64,000 bases of DNA from Roseateles sp. (GTDB taxonomy: Bacteria; Pseudomonadota; Gammaproteobacteria; Burkholderiales; Burkholderiaceae_C). Positions 48,305 to 57,588 of this stretch are shown piece by piece. The DNA is taken from assembly GCF_047654805.1 (NCBI RefSeq), contig NZ_JASGIV010000001.1, positions 5,217,259 to 5,281,258 of the forward strand, written 5' to 3'. Every line of letters starts with the position of its first letter. Position 1 is the first letter of the stretch. Made by a program: the position numbers and the translations under genes. The notes under the pieces were generated by a model. The model was given only the letters and a program-made list of their open reading frames with translations, did not search any database and was not told the origin of the DNA.

Positions 48305-48339
48305 GGCCCTCTGCAGGCGGCAAGCACCGGGAGAGGGCC
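48305..48339 (-). terminator. hairpin with a U-tract on the minus strand (terminator for a minus-strand transcript)
   Basis: GGCCCTCT (48305-12) pairs with AGAGGGCC (48332-39). On the minus strand the stem is followed by TTTTCTTGTGTG. On the plus strand it is followed only by AAAT. Confidence 0.5.
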
Positions 48340-48374
48340 AAATCCACCCAGGGGCGGTGGAGGAGACAAGCGGT

Positions 48375-48390
48375 ATTGCGACGTCGCAAT
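48375..48390. repeat. perfect 16-bp palindrome ATTGCGACGTCGCAAT
   Basis: Read directly. It is followed by a half-site-like GTTGCGATGC. Confidence 0.9.
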
Positions 48391-48613
48391 GTTGCGATGC
48401 AGCATAACCGAATCCGGGCCGGTTTGTGTGACAGAACGGAGTCACTTGCGGAATCACCTTCTGCGTCGTGGCGACCTTGACGGCGTCGGCCGGTTGCTGG
48501 TGACGCGCGGGCCCGGACGCTTCAACGCGTGGTTGACCTCCCGGGCAAGGTGAGCAACCACTCCGGTTGGCGTGCGTGGCGGTGCGACGGTAGCCGCGTG
48601 GGCGCCAGGCAGA

Positions 48614-49183
48614 TCAGGGTGAAACGACGCGTCGACGCAGGCCGGTGCCAGGCGCCACGACGTGCGCGAACATCCAGAAGTCGCCTGGCTGGCCCCGGAC
48701 CAGGCGGTAGCTGCGCAACAGGCCCTCACGCTCGAAGCCGCAGCGCTCCAGCACGTTCATGGACCTCAGGTTGGAGGCCAGGGCCGTCGCCTGCACGCGC
48801 AGCAGGCCGACATGGCCGTGCGCCCATTCGACGAGGGTGCGCGTCAAGTGGCTGGCGATGCCCTGCCCCCAGACGGCCGGTGACAGGTCGTACGCCAGTT
48901 CGGCCGTGCGGTGCTCAGGAGAGACGGTGTGAAAGCCGATGGAGCCCACCATGTGGCCGCCGGCCCGCTCGGCAATGGCCAGGCGCAGCGGGGATGAAGG
49001 CGTGCGCGGCGTGTGTTCGGCGGCGTAGGAATCAAGCTCGTTGGAGGCCTGCGGACTCCAGCTGGTGTGCTCCTGGACGGCGGGCAGGGACAGATAGTCG
49101 AACCAGACCGGAACGTCAGCCGCCGTGATGGGGCGCAGCCTCACGAGAGGATGACCGGACTCGGGCAGGGCGGTGAATTGCAT
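48614..49183 (-). CDS. GNAT-family N-acetyltransferase (RimJ/RimL-like)
   Basis: 189 aa from ATG49183. It has LRPITAADVPVWFDYL..., motif A VWGQGIASHLTRTLVEWA, and ...SMNVLERCGFEREG. Confidence 0.8.
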   Translation of the reverse strand: MQFTALPESGHPLVRLRPITAADVPVWFDYLSLPAVQEHTSWSPQASNELDSYAAEHTPRTPSSPLRLAIAERAGGHMVGSIGFHTVSPEHRTAELAYDLSPAVWGQGIASHLTRTLVEWAHGHVGLLRVQATALASNLRSMNVLERCGFEREGLLRSYRLVRGQPGDFWMFAHVVAPGTGLRRRVVSP

Positions 49184-49212
49184 GGAGGGGATTCTGCTCA
49201 CCCGCACAATCC

Positions 49213-49446
49213 ATGGCGATGCTGCCGATGACACCGCCCCCAGCGCCCGACGCGGATCCCATGCCCCAGCCGCCGCTCCAGCCCGACCTGGAGGCCTGCT
49301 GCGGCAACGGCTGCGACCCCTGCATCTTCGATCTCCATGACCTGGCGATGGACGAGTACCGCCGCGCGCTGCGCGAATGGCGGCAGCGCCAGCCGGCGAT
49401 TGCCTCCGGTGCCGATCAGGCCAGCCTGAACACCGCCACCGACTGA
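49213..49446 (+). CDS. oxidoreductase-like-domain miniprotein (CCxxGCxxC motif)
   Basis: 77 aa. It has a Pro-rich N-terminus and then [26 protein letters not shown], which resembles the 'Oxidored-like' N-terminal domain. Confidence 0.55.
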   Translation: MAMLPMTPPPAPDADPMPQPPLQPDLEACCGNGCDPCIFDLHDLAMDEYRRALREWRQRQPAIASGADQASLNTATD

Positions 49447-50969
49447 ACGAGCTGCTGGGCCTGTTGCTTCAGGCTTTCCGCGGCGGCGGCGGACTCCTCC
49501 ACCAGTGCGGCGTTCTCCTGCGTTGCGCGGTCCATCTGCGTGACGGCCTCGCCCACCTGGGCCACGCCGGAGCTCTGCTCGCGGCTGGCGGCGCTGATCT
49601 CGCCCATGATGTCGGTGACGCGGCGGATCGAGGAGACCACCTCGTTGATCGTTGCGCCCGCGCCATCCACCTGGCTGCTGCCCAGCTCCACGCGCTCGAC
49701 GCTGGCGGTGATCAGGGCCTTGATTTCCTTGGCGGCCTCGGCCGAGCGGCCGGCCAGCGTGCGCACCTCGCTGGCGACGACCGCGAAGCCGCGTCCCTGC
49801 TCGCCGGCCCGCGCTGCCTCCACCGCGGCATTCAGTGCCAGGATGTTGGTCTGGAAGGCGATGCCGTCGATGACGCCGATGATGTCGGCGATCTTGCGCG
49901 AGCTGTCGCTGATCTCGCGCATGGTCTGCACGACCTGACCCACCGCATCGCCGCCGCGCACAGCGACGCCCGATGCGGCCAGTGCCAGCTGGTTGGCCTG
50001 CTGCGCGTTGTCGGCATTGCCGCGCACGGTGCTGCCCAGCTCCTCCATCGATGCTGCCGTTTCCTCCAGCGCAGAAGCCTGCTGTTCGGTGCGTGCCGAC
50101 AGGTCGTGGTTGCCCGACGAGATCTCGGCCGAAGCCGTTGCCACGCCCTCGGCGCCCTCGCGCACCTCGCGCACGATGGACGCCAGGCGGCCCTGCATCT
50201 CGTGCAGCGCCGTCAGCAGCTTGCCCGTCTCGTTGCTGCCGCCGCTGGTGATATGCATCGCCAGGTCACCCGCGGCGACGCCGGTGGCTACCCGCACTGC
50301 CTCGTTCAGTGGTGCCGTCACCGTGCGGATCAGCCACCAGCTCATGAAGCCAGCCAGGCCCAGCGCCACCAGCACCAGCACGATGACCTGGGTGCGCGCG
50401 CTGCTCGCCTCGGCCTCGGCTGCCGCGGTGGACAGGGCCATCAGCTTGTCGCCCAGAGCGACCAGCTCGTCCACCGCGCCCATGTAGGCGGCCTGCTTGG
50501 GCGGCAGGTCCACCAGCAGGCCCTGCGTGGCGCCGGCGACGTCGCCGGCCTTGAGCTGCTTGATGATCTGGTCGCGCACGGTGCGGTAGCCGCCACGCGC
50601 ATCGTTGAGCTTGGCAAGGCCGGCCTTGCCAGCGTCGGTGGTCATGATCTTGCCGAGCTGCTCCAGCGTCTTGGCGGTGGACTTGGAGCCCGCGTCGATG
50701 ACGGCGTACTCCGCATCGATGGCAGCCTTGTCGCCATTGGGTCCCAGCAGCACCAGGTTGCGCAGCGCGCGCGCCACGTTGTTGTTCGTGTCGCGGATCG
50801 AACCGAAGGCCTTCACCTTGGGATATCGGTCTTCCATCGCCAGCTTGAACTGCGCGTCCATCGCACCCAGCCGCGCCAAGGCCAGCGCACCCATCAGCAC
50901 GATCAGCAGGCCCATCGCCGCGAAGCCCAGCATCAGCAAGGTCGCGATCTTGGTGTTTTTCAAGCTCAT
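49416..50969 (-). CDS. methyl-accepting chemotaxis protein
   Basis: 517 aa from ATG50969. The order is TM, periplasmic 4HB-like domain, TM, HAMP and the highly conserved signalling hairpin ([37 protein letters not shown]). Confidence 0.92.
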   Translation of the reverse strand: MSLKNTKIATLLMLGFAAMGLLIVLMGALALARLGAMDAQFKLAMEDRYPKVKAFGSIRDTNNNVARALRNLVLLGPNGDKAAIDAEYAVIDAGSKSTAKTLEQLGKIMTTDAGKAGLAKLNDARGGYRTVRDQIIKQLKAGDVAGATQGLLVDLPPKQAAYMGAVDELVALGDKLMALSTAAAEAEASSARTQVIVLVLVALGLAGFMSWWLIRTVTAPLNEAVRVATGVAAGDLAMHITSGGSNETGKLLTALHEMQGRLASIVREVREGAEGVATASAEISSGNHDLSARTEQQASALEETAASMEELGSTVRGNADNAQQANQLALAASGVAVRGGDAVGQVVQTMREISDSSRKIADIIGVIDGIAFQTNILALNAAVEAARAGEQGRGFAVVASEVRTLAGRSAEAAKEIKALITASVERVELGSSQVDGAGATINEVVSSIRRVTDIMGEISAASREQSSGVAQVGEAVTQMDRATQENAALVEESAAAAESLKQQAQQLVQSVAVFRLA

Positions 50970-51112
50970 CCGGTCATCCTTCCCATGCCCCGGCCGGGGC
51001 GACCAAGAATTCTTCATCGCGGCGGTCGATTGCGACAGATGCCACCTGGGACGGGCATGCGATTTGCGGCAGGACTGCACAATCGCTGCTCCCGGATTCA
51101 ACGCCTTGTCTC

Positions 51113-51535
51113 ATGCGCCTGAAGCTCGCCCTGTCCTTCATCGCCCTGCTGCTGCTCGTGGCGGCCTGGTTCGCCTTCGCCTGGCGCTGGAGCTATGCGT
51201 CGGGCGAGCGCGCCGGCTGGGTGCAGAAGTTCTCGCGCAAGGGCTGGATCTGCAAGACCTGGGAGGGCGAGCAGGCGCTGGTGTCGCTGCCGGGCTCCAG
51301 TACCGTCGAGAAATTCCAGTTCACCGTGCATGACGAGGCCGCGGCCGATGCCATCAACAAGGTGATGGGCCGGCGCGTCAACCTCCACTACGAGGAGAAG
51401 GTAGGCCTGCCAACCTCCTGCTTCGGCGAGACCCGGCATTTCGTGACGGGCGTCACGCTGGTCGACGAGATCTCGCTGTCGCCCGGGGTCACGGTGCCCC
51501 AGCCGACCCAGCCGGCCTCGGCCGCCAGCCGCTGA
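51113..51535 (+). CDS. membrane-anchored conserved hypothetical protein
   Basis: 140 aa with one N-terminal TM (LALSFIALLLLVAAWFAFAW) and coding-like GC3. Confidence 0.65.
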   Translation: MRLKLALSFIALLLLVAAWFAFAWRWSYASGERAGWVQKFSRKGWICKTWEGEQALVSLPGSSTVEKFQFTVHDEAAADAINKVMGRRVNLHYEEKVGLPTSCFGETRHFVTGVTLVDEISLSPGVTVPQPTQPASAASR

Positions 51536-51545
51536 GGGCCTTGCC

Positions 51546-51821
51546 ATGGCCATCGAACTCGAGCGCGGCCAGCGCGACCAAGCCATCCAGTCGCTGACGC
51601 GCTATGTCGATCAGGAGCTGGAGCTGAGGCTGGGCAATGTCGCAGCCGGCGCGCTGCTGGGCTTCTTCCTTGAGGAGATCGCCCCGCTTGTCTACAACCA
51701 GGCGGTTGCCGACGTGCAGGAGCGGCTGGCGCAGCGGGTGGCCGAGGTGGACGTGGACGTGCATGAAGACGCCTTCCAGTACTGGGGCCGGCGGGACGCC
51801 AGGCGGCCAGGGCGACGCTGA
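51546..51821 (+). CDS. DUF2164-like protein
   Basis: 91 aa. ...LGNVAAGALLGFFLEEIAPLVYNQAVADVQ... resembles DUF2164. Confidence 0.65.
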   Translation: MAIELERGQRDQAIQSLTRYVDQELELRLGNVAAGALLGFFLEEIAPLVYNQAVADVQERLAQRVAEVDVDVHEDAFQYWGRRDARRPGRR

Positions 51822-51860
51822 TGCCATCAGCTGTCAACACAGTCCGGCGACACTAGCCGG

Positions 51861-53726
51861 ATGTCGTTGTTTCAGCCGCTGACCTCGCGCTTCGAGCGCC
51901 TTGTCGACCCTTATCCCGAGACCGCCGGCGTCGCCCCGCCGACGCGCTTCTTCGCCTTCCTGTGGCGCTGCGCCGACGGCGTGCGGCCGCACTTGTTCGC
52001 GGTCATGCTGTTCACGGCCGGCATCGCGGCAGCCGAGGCGCTGCTGTTCAGCCTGATGGCCTCACTGGTGGACTGGCTGTCCACGCTCAAGCCGGCCGAG
52101 CTCTGGAGCCAGCCGCAGCCCGTCGTGCTGATGCTGCTGGGAGTGCTGGCTGCCAGCATCGTGCTCGCGTCGGCCCAGGCCCTGCTGAAGTACCAGGGGG
52201 TGTTCGGCAACTTCCCGATGCGGCTGCGGTGGATCTTCCACCGCCGCATGCTGTCGCAGAGCCTGGCTTTCTTCGGCGACGAGTTCGCCGGCCGCATCGC
52301 CACCAAGGTCATGCAGACGGCGCTCGCCGTGCGCGACACCTGGCTCATCGTCGTCGATATCCTGGTCTACGTGGCCGTCTACTTCGGCACGTTGGTGGGC
52401 ATCGTCGCCAGCTTCGACGCCTGGCTGATACTGCCCTTCGCCGCCTGGCTGGGCCTGTACTTGCTCGCGCTGCGCTTCTTCGTGCCTCGGCTGGGCAAGA
52501 TCGCCCAGGCCCAGGCCGACGCGCGCAGCCTGATGACGGGCCGCATCACCGACGCGTACACCAACATCGCGACCGTCAAGTTGTTTGCCCATGGGCGGCG
52601 CGAGGCCAGCTATGCCAAGGCGGCCATGCAGGACTTCATGCTTACGGCTTACGGCCAGATGCGTCTGGTGACCGGCTTCGAGGTCGTCAATACGCTGCTG
52701 TCGGCGCTGCTGGTGGGCAGCACGGCACTGCTGGCGTTGTGGTTGTGGGGCGTGTCGGCCGTCGGTGTGGGCGCCGTCGCTGCGGCCACCGCGATGGCGA
52801 TGCGACTCAACGGCATCTCGCACTGGGTGATGTGGGAGATGGCCTCCCTCTTCGAGCACATCGGCACCGTGCAGGACGGGCTGGCCACGCTGTCCAAGCC
52901 GCAGGCCATCGCCGATGCACAAGGCGCTGCCGAGCTGACGGTAACGCATGGCGAGGTTCGCTTCGAGAACCTGCGGTTTGCTTACCCCAACGGCAAGGTC
53001 GTCGTCGACGGGCTGGACCTGACCATCAGGCCCGGCGAGAAGATCGGGCTCGTGGGCCGCAGCGGCGCGGGCAAGAGCACGCTGGTCAATCTGCTGCTGC
53101 GCCTGTACGACCTGCAGGACGTGAACGGGAAGAGCGGTGGTCGCATCACCATCGACGGTCAGGACATCGCCCACGTCACGCAGGACTCGCTGCGCCAGCA
53201 CATCGGCATGGTCACGCAGGACACCTCGCTGCTGCACCGCTCGGTAGCCGACAACATCCTCTACGGACGCCCGGGCGCCAGCCCCGCCGAGCTGGTGCGC
53301 GCCTCCGAGCGGGCGCATGCCGAAGAGTTCATTGCGGCGCTGTCCGATCCCAAGGGCCGCACTGGCTTCGAGGCTTTTGTCGGCGAGCGCGGCGTCAAGC
53401 TCAGCGGCGGCCAGCGCCAGCGCATCGCCATCGCTCGTGTGATGCTGAAGGACGCACCCATCCTGCTGCTGGACGAGGCGACGAGCGCGCTCGACAGCGA
53501 GGTCGAGGCCGCCATCCAGCAAAGCCTCTATACGCTGATGGAGGGCAAGACGGTGGTGGCCATCGCCCACCGCCTGTCAACCATCGCAGCGCTGGATCGC
53601 CTCATCGTCATGGACGCCGGCCGTATCGTCGAACAGGGCACACATGCGGAGCTGCTCGCTCAGAACGGCATCTATGCGAGGCTCTGGGCGCACCAGAGTG
53701 GCGGCTTCCTCGGGTTGGAGGACTGA
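51861..53726 (+). CDS. ABC transporter, fused permease/ATP-binding (type-1 exporter, MsbA-like)
   Basis: 621 aa with a 6-TM domain followed by an NBD. Walker A LVGRSGAGKSTLVNLL, signature LSGGQRQRIAIARVML, Walker B LLLDEATSALD. Confidence 0.92.
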   Translation: MSLFQPLTSRFERLVDPYPETAGVAPPTRFFAFLWRCADGVRPHLFAVMLFTAGIAAAEALLFSLMASLVDWLSTLKPAELWSQPQPVVLMLLGVLAASIVLASAQALLKYQGVFGNFPMRLRWIFHRRMLSQSLAFFGDEFAGRIATKVMQTALAVRDTWLIVVDILVYVAVYFGTLVGIVASFDAWLILPFAAWLGLYLLALRFFVPRLGKIAQAQADARSLMTGRITDAYTNIATVKLFAHGRREASYAKAAMQDFMLTAYGQMRLVTGFEVVNTLLSALLVGSTALLALWLWGVSAVGVGAVAAATAMAMRLNGISHWVMWEMASLFEHIGTVQDGLATLSKPQAIADAQGAAELTVTHGEVRFENLRFAYPNGKVVVDGLDLTIRPGEKIGLVGRSGAGKSTLVNLLLRLYDLQDVNGKSGGRITIDGQDIAHVTQDSLRQHIGMVTQDTSLLHRSVADNILYGRPGASPAELVRASERAHAEEFIAALSDPKGRTGFEAFVGERGVKLSGGQRQRIAIARVMLKDAPILLLDEATSALDSEVEAAIQQSLYTLMEGKTVVAIAHRLSTIAALDRLIVMDAGRIVEQGTHAELLAQNGIYARLWAHQSGGFLGLED

Positions 53727-53782
53727 GCACGGACCGAGGACAGCGCCTGCGCGTTGTCCAAGCGGCGTGCAGGCTGCTTGAC

Positions 53783-54790
53783 TTAGCGCGGTGTCAGCGA
53801 AGTGCTCTCAGGCATCGCTGCACCTCGCAGCTGTGCGTCCAGGAAGGCCGTGCTCAGCCGCATGGCCTCGTTCAGATCAGCCTGTGCGGCCTCCGTCGCG
53901 CTCCCGCTGCGCGGGCCGCGGGGCGAGCCGCCGGCCGGTCCCTGGTCGCCGCGTCCGCCGCCCATGCCGCTGCGCTGCCCGCCCATGGCCTCGCGGCCAT
54001 GGTGCTGGTCCTGGGTGTGCCAGCCCTCGGGCGCCAGCGTGCCGGACAGCGCGGCATGCGACGGGCCAGGCGGGCTCAACAGCCAGCCGGCGCCAGGGCG
54101 CAGGGTGTCGAAGGCGCGGCGACGCTCGGCAGGCTGCCTGACGAGGCCCAGCGCATCGCCGTCGGTGTCACTCGTGATCAGCATCGCGGGCGGCGTCGCG
54201 GCGGCCGCGGCCATCGGGGGCGGACTGATGGCGATGACGGCACGTGGCAGCCAGGCACCGGTGTCGCTCCCCAAATCCAGCACCGCCTGCGCGCCGGTCT
54301 CGTAGCCGGCCACGGCTGCGCGCTGCCAGTCCAGCTCCGCGCCGATGGCCAGTGGGGTGGCGTGCAGCGCCGCAAGCAGGCGCCGCAGCGCGTTCAGGCG
54401 GGCGGCACGCATCGTGTCGCCGTAGTGAAGCTCGCCCAGTTCGCGAAACTCGCCGGCGCGTGCGAGTGCCGATCGCCAGGCGGCGGCATCTTCTTCCAGC
54501 GGCTGCACGGCCAGTACGGCGTAGCCGGCCTTTGCCCATGTGGCGGCCCAGCGCTGGCCGGCCTCGCTGCCCTGGCCGATGCCGGGCAGGTAGACAACCA
54601 CCGGCAGAGGCCCGGAGACGACGGCACTGCGCGTGACCGTCACGCGCCGGCCCTGCAGCTCAAAGCTGGCAAGGGACAGGTTCAGCTCGCGCGCTGCAGT
54701 CTCGGCCCAGGGCTTCGGGGGCGGCGGTCCGCCAGCGCATGCGGTCAGGGCGAGAGTGGCGGCGAGGGCGAGGGCGCGGGCAGGCAGCAT
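53783..54790 (-). CDS. lipoprotein with an alpha/beta-hydrolase-like scaffold and a Gly/Arg-rich tail
   Basis: 335 aa from ATG54790. Lipobox LALAATLALTAC. It has PVVVYLPGIGQGSE, AVAGYETGAQAV at the expected nucleophile-elbow position, ITSDTDGD and PGPSHAAL. The tail is low-complexity (GGQRSGMGGGRGDQGPAGGSPRGPRSG). Confidence 0.65.
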   Translation of the reverse strand: MLPARALALAATLALTACAGGPPPPKPWAETAARELNLSLASFELQGRRVTVTRSAVVSGPLPVVVYLPGIGQGSEAGQRWAATWAKAGYAVLAVQPLEEDAAAWRSALARAGEFRELGELHYGDTMRAARLNALRRLLAALHATPLAIGAELDWQRAAVAGYETGAQAVLDLGSDTGAWLPRAVIAISPPPMAAAAATPPAMLITSDTDGDALGLVRQPAERRRAFDTLRPGAGWLLSPPGPSHAALSGTLAPEGWHTQDQHHGREAMGGQRSGMGGGRGDQGPAGGSPRGPRSGSATEAAQADLNEAMRLSTAFLDAQLRGAAMPESTSLTPR

Positions 54791-54845
54791 GCCCGGACGA
54801 TAACGCCCACGACGTGGCCGTGTGCGAACCTGTCGCTGCACTAGC

Positions 54846-56057
54846 ATGGCGCCGCTCATGCCTCTCGACCTTGCCACCACCTTCACCATCAGCGTCATCG
54901 TCCACGTGATGATGGGCGCCCTGCTCGGCCTGTTCTGGCGCAGCGCGCGGCGGCGGCAGACGGCGGGCATGGGCTGGTGGGTGCTCAACGAGGCGGCGCT
55001 GGGCGCGGGCGCGCTAATGCTGATGGTCAGCGCTGTCAATCCCGCCTGGCCCATCCTCGCAGCCGGCAATGCCGCCTTCCTCATCGGCATGCCCATGCTG
55101 GAGCTGGGCCTGCGGGTCTGGTTCGGCCGCCGCCTGTGGCCGGGCCTGGCCTGGCGCTGGGGTCTGGCTGCGCTGGGTTTCGCGGCATGGTGGTGGTCCT
55201 GGTCGCAGGGCTGGGACTATGCGGCCCGCTCGGTCGTCTTCACCGGCGTCAACACACTGCAGGCGCTGCTGTTCGCACAGTACCTGTACTCCCAACTGCG
55301 CGATACCGCCGATCGGCCTTCGCGCCTGGCGCTGCAGCTGATCGGCGGTGGGGCGCTGCTCATCATCTTCATGAGCCTGTGGCGGGCGATGCAGAACTGG
55401 CCCTATGCCGGCACGGGCATGTCGCCGCCGGGCCACCTGCTGGCCGTGCTGATGGTGGTGAACATCGCAGTGGCCGTGACGCGCGTGTCAGCCATGCTGC
55501 TGATGCTGCATGGCCGCGTGGAGGCTCGGCTGCAGCAGGCCAGTGCCGAGCTGGAGCGGCGCGCCAATGTCGACTCGCTGACCGAGGTGGCCAGTCGCGC
55601 CCATTTCGAGGCGGCCAGTGCCGTGCTGCTGCGGCAGGCGCGCGCGAGCCGGCTGCCGGCCTGTCTGATGCTGTGTGACATGGACGGCTTCAAGGCCGTC
55701 AATGACCAACTCGGTCACCCCGAGGGCGACGCGCTGCTGCAGCGCTTTGCCGACCAGCTGCGCGGCGCGCTGCGTCAGGGGGACCTGGCCGGCCGCATGG
55801 GCGGTGACGAGTTCGCCGTGCTGTTGTTCAACTGTTCGCTGCCGACTGCCTTGCGTATCGGCGGGCGGCTGCGCGAGGCGGTGGCTGGCCTGCGCGCCCG
55901 CGACGGCCGCGGCGTGACGCTCAGCGCCGGCCTGGCCGAGGCAGCGCCTGGCGAGGACTTTGCGGCCCTGTACCGGCGCGCCGACCAGGCGCTCTACGCG
56001 GCCAAGGCCGCCGGCCGCAACTGCGTCATGCCCGCTGGCGGAGTTGACAGGCCCTAG
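54846..56057 (+). CDS. membrane-bound GGDEF diguanylate cyclase
   Basis: About 6 TM helices in the N-terminus, then a GGDEF domain (DMDGFKAVNDQLGHPEGD; GRMGGDEFAVLLF). The start is ATG54846, or the track start at 54822. Confidence 0.85.
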   Translation: MAPLMPLDLATTFTISVIVHVMMGALLGLFWRSARRRQTAGMGWWVLNEAALGAGALMLMVSAVNPAWPILAAGNAAFLIGMPMLELGLRVWFGRRLWPGLAWRWGLAALGFAAWWWSWSQGWDYAARSVVFTGVNTLQALLFAQYLYSQLRDTADRPSRLALQLIGGGALLIIFMSLWRAMQNWPYAGTGMSPPGHLLAVLMVVNIAVAVTRVSAMLLMLHGRVEARLQQASAELERRANVDSLTEVASRAHFEAASAVLLRQARASRLPACLMLCDMDGFKAVNDQLGHPEGDALLQRFADQLRGALRQGDLAGRMGGDEFAVLLFNCSLPTALRIGGRLREAVAGLRARDGRGVTLSAGLAEAAPGEDFAALYRRADQALYAAKAAGRNCVMPAGGVDRP

Positions 56058-56067
56058 ACTCGTTCCC

Positions 56068-56880
56068 ATGAGTGCAGAACAGATCGCTTTCATCGGCGGC
56101 GGCAACATGGCCAGCGCCATCATCGGCGGGCTGTTGCGCGCCGGCATGAAGCCCGCCCAGTTCACCATCGTCGAGCCCCATGCGCCGCAGCGGGAGAAGC
56201 TCGTCGGCGAGTTCGGCGTCGCGGCCCTGGCGGCAGGCGACGCAGGCCTGGCGCGTGCCGGCGTCGTCGTCTGGGCCGTCAAGCCGCAGCTGTTCGGTGC
56301 GGCGTCGGAGCCCGTCAAGGACTGGGTGGGCGGTGCGCTGCACCTGTCGGTCATGGCCGGCATCCGCTCGGACGCGCTCGTTGCCGCTACCGGCAGCGAG
56401 CGCGTCGTGCGCGCCATGCCCAACACGCCGGCGCTGATCGGCCAGGGCATCGCCGGCCTGTTCGCGCGGCCGGCCGTGTCGGCCGACGAGCGTGCCACCG
56501 TCGAGCGCCTGCTCGCGCCCACCGGCCAGACGCTTTGGGTTGCCCGCGAGGATGATCTCGACGCTGTGACGGCGCTGTCGGGCTCGGGGCCGGCGTATTT
56601 CTTCTTCTTCGTCGAGGCCATGATGGCCGCCGCTGTGGAGATGGGCCTCACGGCCGAGCAGGGCCGGCGCCTAGCGCTGGCCACCTGTGCCGGTGCGGCC
56701 GCTCTGGGCCTTGCGTCGGACGAGTCGCCCACGACGCTGCGCGAGCGCGTGACCAGCAAGGGTGGCACGACGCACGCGGCTATCACCTCCCTTCAGGACG
56801 ATGCCGTCGATGCGACCATCCGCCGCGCGGTGCTGGCGGCGCACAAGCGTGCGGCGGAACTGGGTCGAGAATTCGGCTGA
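56068..56880 (+). CDS. proC: pyrroline-5-carboxylate reductase
   Basis: 270 aa from ATG56068. It has IAFIGGGNMASAIIGGL, ...RAMPNTPALIGQG... and ...SKGGTTHAAI. Confidence 0.92.
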   Translation: MSAEQIAFIGGGNMASAIIGGLLRAGMKPAQFTIVEPHAPQREKLVGEFGVAALAAGDAGLARAGVVVWAVKPQLFGAASEPVKDWVGGALHLSVMAGIRSDALVAATGSERVVRAMPNTPALIGQGIAGLFARPAVSADERATVERLLAPTGQTLWVAREDDLDAVTALSGSGPAYFFFFVEAMMAAAVEMGLTAEQGRRLALATCAGAAALGLASDESPTTLRERVTSKGGTTHAAITSLQDDAVDATIRRAVLAAHKRAAELGREFG

Positions 56881-57423
56881 ATGGGCATTGCGACGAGAGA
56901 CAGTCTGCGCGACTGGTTGCGCGCGCCGGGCTCGCTGAGCCGCCGTCTGGCCCGTCTCGGAGAGCGCTTCGAGGTCCAGGTGCTGCGCCAGGGCGTCGTG
57001 CCGTTCCGGGCACTGGAGCGTGCTGCGCTGGGCCTGCCGCCGCGCGGGCTGACGGTGGTGCGCGAGGTGATCCTGCGAGTGGACGGCGAGCCCCTGGTCT
57101 GGGCGCGTTCGGCCGTGCACCAGCGCGCCACCACCGGTCCCTGGCGGGCGCTGAAGGGCCTGGGCGCGCGGCCGCTGGCCCACCTGCTCTACGACGACCC
57201 GTTCATCAGCCGCAGCGAACTGCAGCCGCGCCGCCTGTCCCGCCAGGGACACACCCGCCGTCACGCGGCCCGCCAATGGCAGGAAGCCACGGGCGCTGCC
57301 ATGTCGTCGCAGATGCTGTGGTCGCGCAACTCGGTATTCAGCCGCGCCGGTACGCAGTTGCGAGTCATGGAGCTGTTCGCGCCAGCGCTGGCCGCTCACC
57401 GTCCGGGCCGGCCCGTCAGCTAG
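56881..57423 (+). CDS. ubiC: chorismate pyruvate-lyase
   Basis: 180 aa, starting at the nucleotide directly after the proC stop. WLRAPGSLSRRLARLG...VVREVILRVDGEPLVWARS... resembles UbiC. Confidence 0.78.
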   Translation: MGIATRDSLRDWLRAPGSLSRRLARLGERFEVQVLRQGVVPFRALERAALGLPPRGLTVVREVILRVDGEPLVWARSAVHQRATTGPWRALKGLGARPLAHLLYDDPFISRSELQPRRLSRQGHTRRHAARQWQEATGAAMSSQMLWSRNSVFSRAGTQLRVMELFAPALAAHRPGRPVS

Positions 57424-57462
57424 CTGTCGTAGAGCTGACGCCCCCATGATGGAAGTGTTTTC

Positions 57463-57505
57463 ATGACGTCATAAATTCGTGCTTCGCCCATAAACGCTCA
57501 TAAAC
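57463..57505 (+). promoter_or_regulatory. palindrome plus CATAAA(C) direct repeats upstream of the AP2-like gene
   Basis: ATGACGTCAT is a perfect 10-bp palindrome at 57463-72. CATAAA occurs at 57470, and CATAAAC at 57489 and 57499 (10-bp spacing). The repeats lie in a locally AT-richer spacer. Confidence 0.35.
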
Positions 57506-57588
57506 TTGGTCCGTACCAGAGGGGCGTTAGTAGACCGAGCCGTGCAGCGATGCACAGGCCGGCAGGGTGACTGGAATTGGGGGCAATC

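Noticed and set aside
49377-51122. 581-aa plus-strand ORF
   Set aside because: It is antisense to the MCP gene, whose conserved signalling hairpin is unambiguous.
51962-54844. 960-aa plus-strand ORF
   Set aside because: It is an out-of-frame read-through across the ABC exporter gene and antisense to the lipoprotein gene. Its Arg/Gly/Ala/Pro composition is extreme and it has no ABC motifs in this frame.
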